Source of the DNA: Eledone cirrhosa | Taxonomy: Eukaryota | Direction: 5' to 3' | Length of the DNA stretch: 64,000 bases | Assembly (NCBI GenBank): GCA_964016885.1 | Contig: OZ024741.1 | Span: 360,096,001 to 360,160,000 of the forward strand | Shown here: piece by piece, positions 53,504-64,000 of the stretch | Position numbering within the stretch: position 1 is the stretch's first letter | Layout of the letters: each line of letters starts with the position of its first letter | Notes under the pieces: generated by a model | What the model was told of the DNA's origin: nothing | Database searches by the model: none | Seen by the model: the letters and a program-made list of their open reading frames with translations, nothing else | Made by a program: the position numbers and the translations under genes

Positions 53504-55046
53504 CTACTGATGATATGACTGCTCGTTATAAGAGAGGCAGGGGAGTGAGATCTGGATTTGTCAGGCCGTTTGATTTCTTTCTCTGTGTCACTATCAGAGC
53601 CATGAGGAGTGCTAGAACCTTCAACAGATCGTAACATGGGTGATGCATGTTTCTCGAGAGATTTGCGTCGCGTTGTAGTTGAAGTAGCATTAAACATGGC
53701 TACTTTGCTTTTGACACTAGGTAAAAGTTTACTGCTAGATTCAGAAGATGTGTCTGAAGAGTTCGATAATGAATTTGATCCACTAGATTTTCGAGAATTT
53801 AGGGAATTGGTCCATTTAAGTTCATTAGTGTTATGGATGCTAGTCAGAGAAGATGATGGAGTTTGATATTTTGATCCCAAATTGTTTGGTCCCATATTTG
53901 TCTGTAAAGACGGTGAAATGGAGGTTAATTTAGAGGGGCTGTCTCTTTCAGGTGGATCATTGGGGCTTGGAGCAAGGTCTCCAAGATGTGATTTTGGTTT
54001 TATTTCTCGACTTCGTAAACCAACTGCTATAACTTTAGAAGATATAGCAGGGCTGTGAGGTCTGTCAGTCCCAAGGTTAACACCAGATGTTGATGAACGG
54101 CACTCAGTAGAATCAGTCGCATATCTAGTACTACTTTTTTGTGGATCTGAGTCTCTATTTGAAGATTCTGCAGCAGTGGAAATTTTGTTGCGCTCAGTTG
54201 TTTTGTAAGAATTTTTCCCAAGCACACCAGATTTTCCCAAAAGGATATTTTTGGCTTGGTCTAATGTTAATTCAGGTTGAGGCCTACGGTTTCGATTAAT
54301 TGGTCGTTTGTTGATATCTTTACGGTGAGAATTTAGTGTGGAGGACAAAGGTGGTGGCATTAAATCAGCATCAGAGCTTTTAATACCTTTCTTAGTATCC
54401 TCTAGTGGACAACCAATGGTTATTCGTCGTTTTGATGCTAAATTTGAAGAACTACTTGGTCCATTTCTTTCCTTAGCTTCAGAAGAGACCACATCACTAG
54501 TATTTCTGGCTGAAACAGACTGAGCGTCACTTGAGGTTCTGCTACTTTGAGAACCCTGATCATCTACTGTGTTGACCTCAGGCACACTGTGAGAAAGGGA
54601 CAAATCACATAAAATCTGGAGATTAGAAGAGGACAAAGTTTCATCATCGTCTATGCACGTAAGGTTGGGAACTGACAAACATGGAACCATGTTACTTGAG
54701 AGTAAATTCTTTTTATGTTTTTTCTTTTTAGGATCTTTTAAAGTTTTTGATCCCTCCTGGCCATCTTTGGAATATATAGACAATGGTTTATCTTTTTTGC
54801 TCAAAGAGGTATCATATAAAGTCTGCTTGCTCATTTTGGCCATGGAGCTCTTTGTCTGCTGGCTATACGAGCTGCTTTGGTTGCGGATATGAGAGGAAGA
54901 CTTGCTTGGTTCACTGGTGGATATAGAGTAACGTTCAGCTTTATTTTTCTTGTTGCCCAATGATAATCTGGACTTGAGTGACTTGCTGGTCGGAGATTGG
55001 GGTGTATCTTCTTCACTTTCATCAATACGTAACTCAAACAGACTCA
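53504..55046 (-). CDS. MAPKBP1: 1543-nt internal exon, Ser-rich disordered region of the WDR62/MAPKBP1-like protein
   Basis: 515-aa ORF bounded by ttttctag| (phase 1) and AG|gtaagt (phase 2); SYSQQTKSSMAKMS resembles the MAPKBP1 SYQNPTTSSMAKIS motif (recalled). Confidence 0.85.
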
Positions 55047-55271
55047 CTAGAAAATCAGAAATATTACCATATATATATACTAAAACAAAATATTGGGATC
55101 AAAGGGGGAAAAAGATCAGTGTAATTTTTATGAAATTATTTTCAAATAAATAATATTAACTCCAATTTGAAATTAAATATCAAACCAATTTTACAAATTT
55201 GATATGTCAAATATCTAAACTACAAAATGTTACTGGTCAATGTATGCATGCATGTCTGTGTGTATATATGA

Positions 55272-55659
55272 TATCATCATCATTTCATTTTACGTCCGCT
55301 TTTCCCTGCTTGCAAGGGTGAGACGGGAACTGATTCTGGCTTGATTTTTACAGCTGGATGCCCTTCCTAACACCAACCTCATTTACAGTGAGTGCTGGGT
55401 GCTTTTTTTCCATGGCACCTACACGTCCACTTTACAGTGTGGGCTGGGTGCTTTTTTGCCGTGGCACCTCCACGACCACTTTGCAGTGGAATGATAGGGA
55501 CCCCAGTCCCTATCATCTCATTTCTACAGCTGAGTAAACTGGAGCAATGTGAAATAAAGTGTCTTGCTCAAGGAAACAACACATCAACCGGTCTGAGAAT
55601 TGAACTCACAACCTTTCGATTGCAAGACCAATGCTCTAACCACTAAGCCATGTGCCCCC
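55272..55659 (-). mobile_element. Full-length tRNA-derived SINE family S3 with RTE-X-type tail
   Basis: Minus strand GGGGCACATGGCTTAGTGGTTAGAGC (A-box)...GAGTTCAATTCTC (B-box), core TTTCCTTGAGCAAGACACTTT...TTGCTCCAGTTTACTCAGCTG, tail AAAGCGGACGTAAAATG...(ATG)n. Confidence 0.75.
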
Positions 55660-55667
55660 ATATATAT

Positions 55668-56927
55668 AAAAAGCCTTCGACAGAGTCCCCCGTGCCATAA
55701 TCTGGTGGGCTCTTAGAAAATTAGGAGTAGATGAATGGCTTGTGAAAGCTGTACAAGCCATGTATAAAGGAGCAGTCAGCAAAGTTAGGATTAGCAATGA
55801 GTATAGCGAGGAATTTAGCATACAGGTCGGTGTCCACCAGGACTGTTCATTATAGTTTTGCAAGCAATAACGGAGGAGTTTAAGACCGGATGCCCATGGG
55901 AACTCCTGTATGCGGATGATCTCGCACTTATAGCTGAATCCATGGTGGAACTAGAGAAGAAATTCCAAACATGGAAGCAGGGACTAGAAAGAAAGGGTCT
56001 CAAAGTCAACTTGACAAAGACTAAGGTTCTTGTAGGTAGATGAGAAAACAGAACCCAGATTCCCTCAGGGAAATGGCCTTGCTCAGTATGTAGGAAAGGT
56101 GTAGGTAGGAACTCCATCCTCTGGCCCAAATGCAAACAATGGGTACACAAGAGATGTAGTGGGATCTCAGGAAGTTTAACTAAGAATGTAGGCTTCATAT
56201 GTAGCAGCTGTGCTGGGACAGGAAACAAGCATCACCAAACTGTGAGGGTTCTGTAGAAACAGTAGACAGCTTCTGCTATCTAGGTGACCGAATTAGCAGC
56301 GGAGGTGGGTGTTCGGAAAGTACAATAACTAGAGTAAGAACGGGAAGGAAAAAGTTCAGATAGCTACTGCAACTGCTAGCTGTAAAAGGCTTTTCTCTCA
56401 AAATGAAAGGCAGACTGTATGATGCGTGTATACAAACAGCAATGTTACATGGTAGTGAAACCTGGGCGCTGTCTGTAGAAGACTTGCGCAGATTAGAAAG
56501 AAATGAAGCTTGCATGCTCCGATGGATGTGTAATAGTAATATACGCGAACGGTAAAGTATAAACGAATTGAGAGAGAGACTGAGCATCAGAGGAATCAAA
56601 TACTGTGTGGAGGAGATTACGTTGGTATGGACATGTGATGCATATGAAGGATGACAGCTGCATAAAAAGGTGCAGAGCACTAAAAGTCGATGGAAGCCAC
56701 GGAGTGGGGAGACCTAAGAAGACCTGTGATGAGGTGATAAAAGCCGACCTTACCCAATTGCACCCCTCAAGAGCAATGACACACGACTGTGACCTCTGGC
56801 GTCATGCAGTAATACAGAAGACCTGTATGAATCAGTCCTGTATAAGCAAGGCAAGGACACTGCTCACAACAGGACAACCCATCTAACCCATGCTAGCGCG
56901 GAAGAACGGACGTAAAACGATGATGAT
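55668..56927 (+). mobile_element. 5'-truncated, disrupted RTE-X-like LINE with a Cys/His-rich (PHD-like) insert after the RT core
   Basis: KAFDRVP, GVHQ, ELLYADDLALIAES, GLKVNLTKTKV, WPCSVCRKGVGRNSI...CKQWVHKRCSG...FICSSC, FCYLGD, RRLRWYGHVMHM, GRPKKT; (GAT)n tail. Confidence 0.85.
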
Positions 56928-58414
56928 ATATATATATATATATATATATTCATATGTACACATAAATATACATACACAGAGATACATATGCACATTGAAT
57001 ATTTTAACCTGAAAATAGCAGCTACATACTTTTTGATAAAGTTAAATGAGAATAATATAGAAATGAGAAGCATTAGGAAATTAAAAATAACAAAATTATA
57101 ATAAGATATGTCAGATACTACAACACAAATTAACCATTATTTGGCAGCAGATTATTCCTTAAAGATCTCTAAATGGGATAAAGATACCAAATTAATCAAA
57201 GTCTTCAAATTTAGTTTTTATCTGAGATTTTATATACATAACATACACAACTTATATTAAATTTATTCTTCCTCAAAATGTGTTACTTAATACTGTAAAT
57301 TTTAAACATATTTGCAACATAATTGGATATACAATGTATTTATATGTAATATAAAAATGTAAATTTAAAATTATCCATATGAAAATTTATTCACATGTAT
57401 GTGTGTGTGTGTTAAAGTTTATATATAATATGAAACATTTTTACAGGATGGCATTTGAAAAAAGAGTTTGACAATAGATAAACTAAATAAATGAATGAAT
57501 GATGCACATCTTTAAACAACTGAAAATACAGAACACCCAAGAATAAAAAAAAAAAACCATGCCACCAACAACATTGAACAACCAGACTCCATGGAATAAG
57601 CAACAGACTACACTGCAATTAGTATTAAAACATCACCAGTTCCAGAAAACAGCAAAACTTCTTTTGGAGATTGTAGTTTGTGGGTCTCAAAACTTAAGAG
57701 GTTTTGATATAACATTTTAAATGATTACATAACAATTATAATAGTATACATTCATAGAAGTAAATCATATTGAATACGAGACACATAATAATCAAACATT
57801 AATCACTGCTAATTTGTTAAATGTGGAAGGTTAATAATTTAAATAAGACTTACAAACATTCACTGTACAGTATAACATAAAAAGGTGTTCACAACTCCAA
57901 CTGAGAAATGTTGGGTGTGTAAAACAATTTCTATAACACTCTACATGAGGTTTCACATATCTTGTTTCATTGGTAAACATCACTGTTGAAATGGGATACA
58001 TTTACTGGTGCCTCAGGTACAGACTTTCTCTTATATTGCATGCTCTCTCTCTCTCTCTCTCACACACACACAAACACTGCATGGGTATGAAAAACATCTG
58101 ACATGTTTTGTGAGTGTGTGTGTGTGTGTGTGCATGCATATGTGCACACACACTTCCACCCCCCTCATCTACACGTGTGGGTGATGGAAATGTTGGAGAA
58201 TTCAGAAGCCATTCACCCAGCTCCATCCTTTATTAAATGAGATCCAGACAAACAATATTATATCTGTTTCTATCTACCATAGTTACTGGACACGTGAAAC
58301 CCTTTGTTTATACACATTACTAGTGCTTGCTGCAAGATATCAACCTGGTGGCCATCCCAAGAGAAGTGGATTGGACACATGCTTACCTGCCATATATATA
58401 TATTGGTAGCTTAA

Positions 58415-58620
58415 CCCTTTAGCATTTACATTACTCTATATTTACTATAGTATTTTCATGGTAAAGGCTTTATCTCTCATAATATTGAATCTGAGATTTT
58501 GATATTATTTATTTTAAGAACAATACCTTAACGTTGGTATGAATGACTGGTTACAGCTCGTTTGAACAGAAAGAGGTGAGAGAATTCTGGCTGGATACGG
58601 CCGGTTTAACTGCTAGAGGG
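58415..58620 (-). mobile_element. Complete piggyBac-type MITE family A (206 bp)
   Basis: TTAA|CCCTTTAGCATTTA ... TAACTGCTAGAGGG|TTAA. Confidence 0.85.
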
Positions 58621-60297
58621 TTAAGCAAAGCAAATTCAACTTAATTGACCACCAGCTGACTATAACAAACTAATACGATCTACTCTAAATCACCGAGCAG
58701 GTTGCAAGTAAGTTGAATACACACTGATTCTCTCACTCTTTTACTGGTTTCAGTCATTAGACTATAGCCATGCTGGGGCATTGCCTCAGGATTTAGTCAA
58801 TCATTAACCCAGTACTCCCCTTTTCAAGTCTAATATTTATTTTATCAATATCTTTTCATCAAACCACCAAATTACAGGACAGGCACACACACATATTGGG
58901 TGCCTGCAGTTTCTGACAACTATATTTCACTCTCAAAGCATTGTGCTCATTCAGTGGGAGTGAACCTGAAACCATGTGGTTGTGAAACAAATTTTTTGAC
59001 AACCAGCCATACCTGAGCCTACTCATTGGTGATATTTCAACATAGAACTTAAGGTAATTAAAAGATTAATTTTAAAAAGTCTCACTATTCATGACATGTT
59101 GCTGAGCTGACATTAAACTTCACTGGTTGTCTAAAGAAATGTATTTCCTATAACCAGATACCCTGCTGTTTGTATCTGCTTTAGAATAGGCACGACGTAT
59201 CCCTATGTGCTGTAAGAGGTGACTAAAAGGGTTGGCACAAGGAAGGACATCCGTTCATAAAACATTATCCTGAAAATGAACCAGGATGAGTATGAAACCC
59301 GTCATCTGCTTCGCAGGGAAATGGCCTTTAAATGCCTGTGTGTTGTTTGTAACCACAGACATTAGAAGTAGAAATGCAAGCAATAGGTTATTTTTAACAT
59401 ATTTTCCCCATATTAGCATTCCTTGGTGTGTAAGGAGTGCTCAAGGAGGAGCAGCACCTCTGATGGAAGCACTTGATGTGTTCTCAGGAACAAGCCATCT
59501 ACCTTTGATCTTTACTTGGCACCAAGTTCTTACCTGAAGCTGTAGCATGTGCAGTGACTACACCCTGGTAAACTGATTTGGCTGGCACAATATCACCATC
59601 AAATTTGAATAATTAAAACTGCTGTTTTCAACTGAAATATTGTTTCTAATGCTTACCTTAAGGTTTCAAAGCCCCAGTATACCCTACATTCAGTTGAATA
59701 AATGTGAGCAAGTAGAGACATTAGCAATACCAAAGTTTAATTTCTGACCTTGCAATTTTTTATTGTTGATTTTTTAATTTGAAGAAAAAAATGGAATTCT
59801 ATGATTGATTTCTTCAACTATTTAAATTTCAATAAATTTCAACAGTGACTTTCAACAGGTCTATGGCATTATAATATATGGGAAATAGCATAAAACTGAT
59901 GAAATAGAGACAAAAATGATGAGTGGTAGTGGTAACAATGATGAGCTGTAAAAATGAAAATATTTTAAAAATAAACTAATGTTATTTCTAATTTATTTTA
60001 GGGGCTTTTAGAAATTATAGTGAAAAGAGGAAATAAAAATATCTAATGAGGGGTATTAAGTGATAAAGCCATGCAAAATATTCCACCAAAGCCAAAGAAT
60101 GATACTAGCAAAGCAAAGACGGAAGCTTAAGAACAGCATTATGTTTAAACATGTCAACATTTTATATAGTAAATACAATGAGCAAAGATTGGATCAGATT
60201 AATCATTATATTGTTGATAGCAGCTTATTTAGGAAGTGTTTGTGTACTACTAAGCATTGGTAAGCATTGTGCTGGTGAGTTGTTGTTGTTGTTGTGT

Positions 60298-60590
60298 GGA
60301 GTTATGTGGCTTAGTGGATAGGATATTTGGCTCATGATTGGAAGGTTAGTAATTCCCAGCAGCAAATTGTGTCCTTGAGCAATACACTTTATTTTACATT
60401 GCTCCAGTTCACTCATCCAGAAAAAAATGAGTTGTACCTGTAATTCAAAGGGCCAGTTTTGTCACACTGAATCATGTTGAATTTCCCTAAGAATGACATT
60501 AAGGATACACATATTTCTGGAATGCTCAGCCACTTGCATGTTAATGAGCAGGCTGTTTCAATGCAGGAACAACTGGAACACTGATGGAGG
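60298..60590 (+). mobile_element. SINE with S3 head/core and S2-type 3' module
   Basis: TGGCTTAGTGG head; GTGTCCTTGAGCAATACACTTT core; then TGTACCTGTAATTCAAAGGGCCAG...GCTCAGCCACTTGCATGTTAAT, shared with 47465-47610 and 48650-48780. Confidence 0.7.
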
Positions 60591-61609
60591 TTTTACACTA
60601 TAAAGGGCCCAAGTTGTATCCAGGTCATGACTCCTAGGTGCATTTCTCTTTATGTCTTTTAATCATTTGGCTATCAGAGACTCGTGTGTAGGGCACTTAT
60701 CTCTTAAATGTACCACATAAAATTGCATTAGTAAGACATTCTTGAAACGTGTAAAACAGCACTATGATTGCATCTCATTGAAAATTGAAGTCTTTATGCT
60801 AATACTGCCAACTTTCACAACAATCTGTCCACAAGTAAAGATACCATAAACAAACACGATTTAGATATTTTCTGCTCAATAGTTACAGGGTGTTAAGCAT
60901 TAAGCTTTATGAAGATTGCTTCTATTCAGTGTAGCAGGCAGAAATATCTGGGATAGTGTTAATTCCCTTGCTTCAAATTAATATGTTTCCCAGACCTGTG
61001 CAAGTTTAGTTGGCCTCCTACAAGGTTACATATCATAGGAGCTTTTGGGGAGTTTTAATGATAGGGAATCCGGTCTTATAATGCCATCATTTTTCTAGTG
61101 ACATGAGGTGGGATTTGAACTCAAAACACACACAGCTGGATCGGATTCTGCAAAGCAGCCAGTCAGACTTTACCAATTTTACCAATCCACTACTTTGGAT
61201 TGGTTCTCAATATCCAAACGGATGAAAAGTAAAGTTGAATTCAATGAGATTTGATCACAGGCCAGAACAAATACTGCATAGCATAGCACTTTCTTCAATT
61301 TGCCAATTCGCCACCCTTCAATTAATGTATGAACTCTAATGAAGATAACTTTGTCACAGTGAAGGTTGGCGTGCTATCTCTTGTATGTGTTAAATGGTTT
61401 AATTTATGTTCTAAAACTAAGCATATAGTCAGTCAAGTTTGCACTATATGTAAATAAGCTGTCAACAAAAATTTCTAAAACTTTCATGTCTTTAAACCTC
61501 AGTATCTTCGGGTGTTTGCTGAAGATGGATAAAAATCCTGAAAACACCAGTACTGAATTAGCTGTGATATGACCACAGCGAGACTATATGTGTTTTTTCT
61601 TTTTTACAT

Positions 61610-61760
61610 AGACATGTGGTTTAATGGTTAGAGTGTTGGGCCCATGATTGTAAGGTTGTGAGTTTAATTCCCAGATCAGATGGCATGTTATGTCCTTGAG
61701 CAAGACACTATATTTCATGTTGCTCCAGTTCACTCAGCTGGAAAAATGAATAGTTATAAC
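61610..61760 (+). mobile_element. SINE S3 head and core
   Basis: GTGGTTTAATGGTTAGAG...GAGTTTAATTCCC...GTCCTTGAGCAAGACAC...TTGCTCCAGTTCACTCAGCTG. Confidence 0.7.
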
Positions 61761-61908
61761 ACTGGTGCCAAGTTGTATTGGACAACATTGGAATAGTGAA
61801 GAGGGAAGACTAGTATACATGGACAACTGCTGGTCTTCCACAAAACACCTAGCCGGGTTTGTGCCTAGGAGAGGACGACCAAATGAGGCCTTTTCTTTCC
61901 TATATTGG

Positions 61909-61964
<56 letters not shown>

Positions 61965-62220
61965 CTTGTGCCATATAACTAATTTCTAAAAGAGTTAAGT
62001 GAATGAGAGAGAGAGAGAAATAAAAACGATTAATGAAGGTAGCAATTTAATTAAACAGGAAAAAAAAAAAGGATTTAGTTTCTGTATGAAATAGAAGTCA
62101 TTAAACAAGTGATTCTATTCACCTATGAGTAAAGACAAAGTGTGCTCCAACAAAAAACTGTGACGGAACGGGGGGTGGGGGTCAGTTATGGTGTTAATTG
62201 AGTCCGTTAGAGAGAGCGAC

Positions 62221-62592
62221 CAACATGCTGTTTGGATGAGACACCTTTACCCCTAGTTGATTTAGTATTCGTTGCTGGAGTGTTGTTCTTAGTCCGACCA
62301 CCAGAGGGTGCTGAAGCAGCAGTTGCAGGAGAAAGAGGGCAGGATGGAGACGTACTCCTTGGTGATGGAATACGGCTACGAATAGTGGAAGGAGCTGACT
62401 TTTTAAGTTTAGTGCAGCTGTTTTTACCATATTTGGAGAGAGGCTTTGGTGATGTGCACCGTTTGACCGGGCTTTGCATGCGACCAAAGTGCTGGGCAGA
62501 CATATCAGCAGGCGAGCTTTGGGCCAAATCCATTGTTGACCAACTTCGGCGAACAGGACGTGTAGGGGTTTGACTCCCAGATCCAGGCTTTC
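62221..62592 (-). CDS. MAPKBP1: 372-nt internal exon (KPGSGSQTPTRPVRRSWSTMDL...SSKQHV), Ser/Pro/Arg-rich
   Basis: ctattag| acceptor (phase 1), GC-richer open frame; weak donor TTG|gtcgct (phase 1) fits the 55046 exon. The donor position is uncertain. Confidence 0.7.
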
Positions 62593-62788
62593 CTAATAGC
62601 AGGTAAAATTGGCAACAGTGATCAGTGCTATACAAGGAAGGATTGATTAAGAAATAAACAAGTAAAAAAATTTTTTTAAAAATAATTTTGAAAAAAAATA
62701 CTAAGATAGAAAAATAGAATAACTTATAAATTCAAGGCTTTCAAAGAGTGATTCTGAGATTTGTAGCTTCCATACTGTGTACAACTTC

Positions 62789-62820
<32 letters not shown>

Positions 62821-63241
62821 CACGGGCACACACACACATATATATATATATATACATACATACACACACATATACAGACATATATACACATATATACATA
62901 CATATACACACACATACACATGCTTACGTGGGCCCTCATATTCGTTGAATTCCACATTGGAATTTCACCCTGGAACTGGATATTTACCCAGACTCTACTT
63001 GAACATCTTTTCAGATCACTGGATTTTCTCATTGCTTTTTGCTTTACACCAATATACCACAACTCACTACCATTGCCCAGTCTCCTCTATCTTTCTATTT
63101 CTTCTTTAATTTCTCATTCTATTTTCTAATGAAGAACTAGCATCCAAAATGTTAAGACACTTTTCCTACTATATCAAGCGTAAACCTAATATATTTCTTC
63201 TTTGTACTGTGTCGTTTGCTTTGTTATTTCTGTTTGCCTTT

Positions 63242-63336
<95 letters not shown>

Positions 63337-63425
63337 ATATATAATTAAAGGTGGATCCCCGATGGGGATTGGGAAATGACCAGAGTTAAAAAAGGTACTC
63401 AATACATAGGTAGAGTATAGGCATT

Positions 63426-63525
63426 TTTATTTTATGTAGAAATAACTCCTACAGGACTAAGACTGTTTCATTCATATGAATGAAACAGTTCTAGTTCTCT
63501 AGAAGTCATTTCTATATAAAATAAA
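63426..63525. repeat. 100-bp imperfect palindrome with a perfect 28-bp core
   Basis: ACTGTTTCATTCAT|ATGAATGAAACAGT centred at 63475/63476; arms stay complementary without gaps for 50 bp each. Confidence 0.9.
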
Positions 63526-64000
63526 CATTTAAAATGGTTTTTACAAAATATGTTCACTTTTTTTTCAACCAAGATTTTGAAAAACAAAAGAATTACATCG
63601 ACATTATGACAAGAGTCAAAATACATTTCCTATACTCTCACTTTCAGATAGATAAATCTTGGGTCTTCATAAAATACTAGAAATAAAATTCAGCTGAAAG
63701 AAGAAAACACAATTAGGAGGGGGGAAAAAAAATCAAAGGTTGATGATTAAAGATTGAAGTCGGGACTTAACAGAATAGCTTAGCCTTTTCTTCTCTACAA
63801 GACTGTCATATTGCATCAGACATTAAACTATTGAATTTCATAAATTCACATGAGAAAATCTGAATTATTGATGGCTGCTTCCACCACTTAAAATTAAATT
63901 AGTTACAACTGAGGAACTGTCTTAGAACAGTAGTTTCCAACTTGGGGTTTGCAGTCACCTTTATAGTTAACAAAGGTAGTACTAGAGATTCATGAGCCAT

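Noticed and set aside
55590-55659. tRNA gene (also ~51700-51780 and ~61610-61680)
   Set aside because: A- and B-boxes are present but there is no complete cloverleaf; these are SINE heads continuing into repeat cores.
59534-59631. Candidate exon (ttcag| ... CAG|gtaaga) in the large intron
   Set aside because: Stops in all three frames from the best acceptor, and the 31-nt alternative does not fit the flanking phases; at most a cryptic or poison exon.
62232-62573. Plus-strand 113-aa ORF (also 53609, 54338, 54653, 46511)
   Set aside because: Antisense shadows of the minus-strand exons.

Overview
Eukaryotic, repeat-rich, AT-rich DNA. The repeat families look molluscan and most resemble octopus (inference). 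1-17.7 kb is a (GGTRT)n pentanucleotide satellite with kb-scale higher-order duplications; all ORFs there are spurious. 17.8-26.5 kb is a retrotransposon pile-up: a 5'-truncated R4/Dong-type RLE element in a (TAA)n tract, then four head-to-tail RTE-derived units with C2H2-finger C-termini and (ATGT)n tails, one interrupted by a Helentron-like insert. 26.5-46 kb is intergenic: SINEs, piggyBac-type MITEs (one nested pair), a Helitron, CRE and gypsy relics, minisatellites and a minimal type I hammerhead ribozyme at 38.2 kb. 46.3-62.6 kb holds five phase-compatible 3' exons of a minus-strand gene resembling WDR62/MAPKBP1. Its introns carry a Helitron, an RTE-X LINE, SINEs and MITEs, and a 100-bp palindrome lies just upstream. 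No rRNA, true tRNA or CRISPR. Family assignments come from motif recognition, not database searches.
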